Shown here: piece after piece, positions 63,780 through 64,000 of the stretch
Layout: the number at the start of each line of letters is the position of its first letter
How positions within the stretch are numbered: the first letter of the stretch is position 1
Assembly (NCBI GenBank): GCA_963729605.1
Contig: CAVSNY010000007.1
Span: forward strand, 64,001-128,000
Length of the DNA stretch: 64,000 nt
Origin: an uncultured Gammaproteobacteria bacterium
GTDB taxonomy: Bacteria > Pseudomonadota > Gammaproteobacteria > DRLM01
Reading direction: 5' to 3'
The notes under the pieces: model-generated
Databases searched by the model: none
Seen by the model: the letters and a program-made list of their open reading frames with translations, nothing else
Told to the model about the DNA's origin: nothing
Made by a program: the position numbers and the translations under genes

Positions 63780-64000
63780 TCAACCGCGATTGCGGTAGAG
63801 GGTGTGCAGCCGCATCACTTTGTCGACGTAATTGGCCGTCTCAGGATAAGGCGGAATGCCGCCGTAACGCAGCACGGCGTTTTCGCCGGCGTTATAGGCG
63901 GCCAGCGCCAGGCGGACGTCGAATTGGAATTGTTCGAGCAAAAGACGCATGTAACGCACCCCGCCCATGACGTTCTGGGTGGGATCGAAGACATTGCTCA
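63780..64000 (-). CDS. Lytic transglycosylase (SLT domain), 3' part only
   Basis: [30 protein letters not shown]. Confidence 0.85.
   Translation of the reverse strand, partial: SNVFDPTQNVMGGVRYMRLLLEQFQFDVRLALAAYNAGENAVLRYGGIPPYPETANYVDKVMRLHTLYRNRG

Overview
Replication-origin region of a high-GC gammaproteobacterial chromosome. The core backbone is: atpA'(partial)-H-F-E-B-I-gene1, parB-parA, rsmG, mnmG, mnmE-yidC-yidD-rnpA-rpmH <> dnaA-[oriC]-dnaN-recF(2 parS)-gyrB, glk-pgl, folA-thyA-lgt. Accessory DNA is threaded through it. (1) An apparent solitary integron cassette with a collapsed attC sits between the atp operon and parB. (2) A sigma28-type MCP gene with a katG relic lies between parA and rsmG. 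(3) A sigma28-type tandem HDOD-GGDEF pair lies between rsmG and mnmG. (4) About 20 kb between mnmG and the island carries MoxR-DUF58-transglutaminase, GAF-PAS-GGDEF-EAL, a pilin, an FG-GAP propeller, an NAD(P)H:quinone reductase/UbiA-prenyltransferase fusion, a sorbosone-type dehydrogenase and an Mrp/Pha antiporter operon with a riboswitch-like leader. (5) An ~11.8 kb integrative element at the mnmE 3' end carries an integrase, arm sites, a frameshifted Type ISP restriction-modification gene, AlpA and a primase-DUF3987 replicase with an iteron palindrome. (6) A TTAA-flanked, ~150 bp, five-hairpin MITE-like repeat occurs 6-7 times. No rRNA, tRNA or CRISPR array was seen. All assignments come from motif recognition by eye; no database searches were run.
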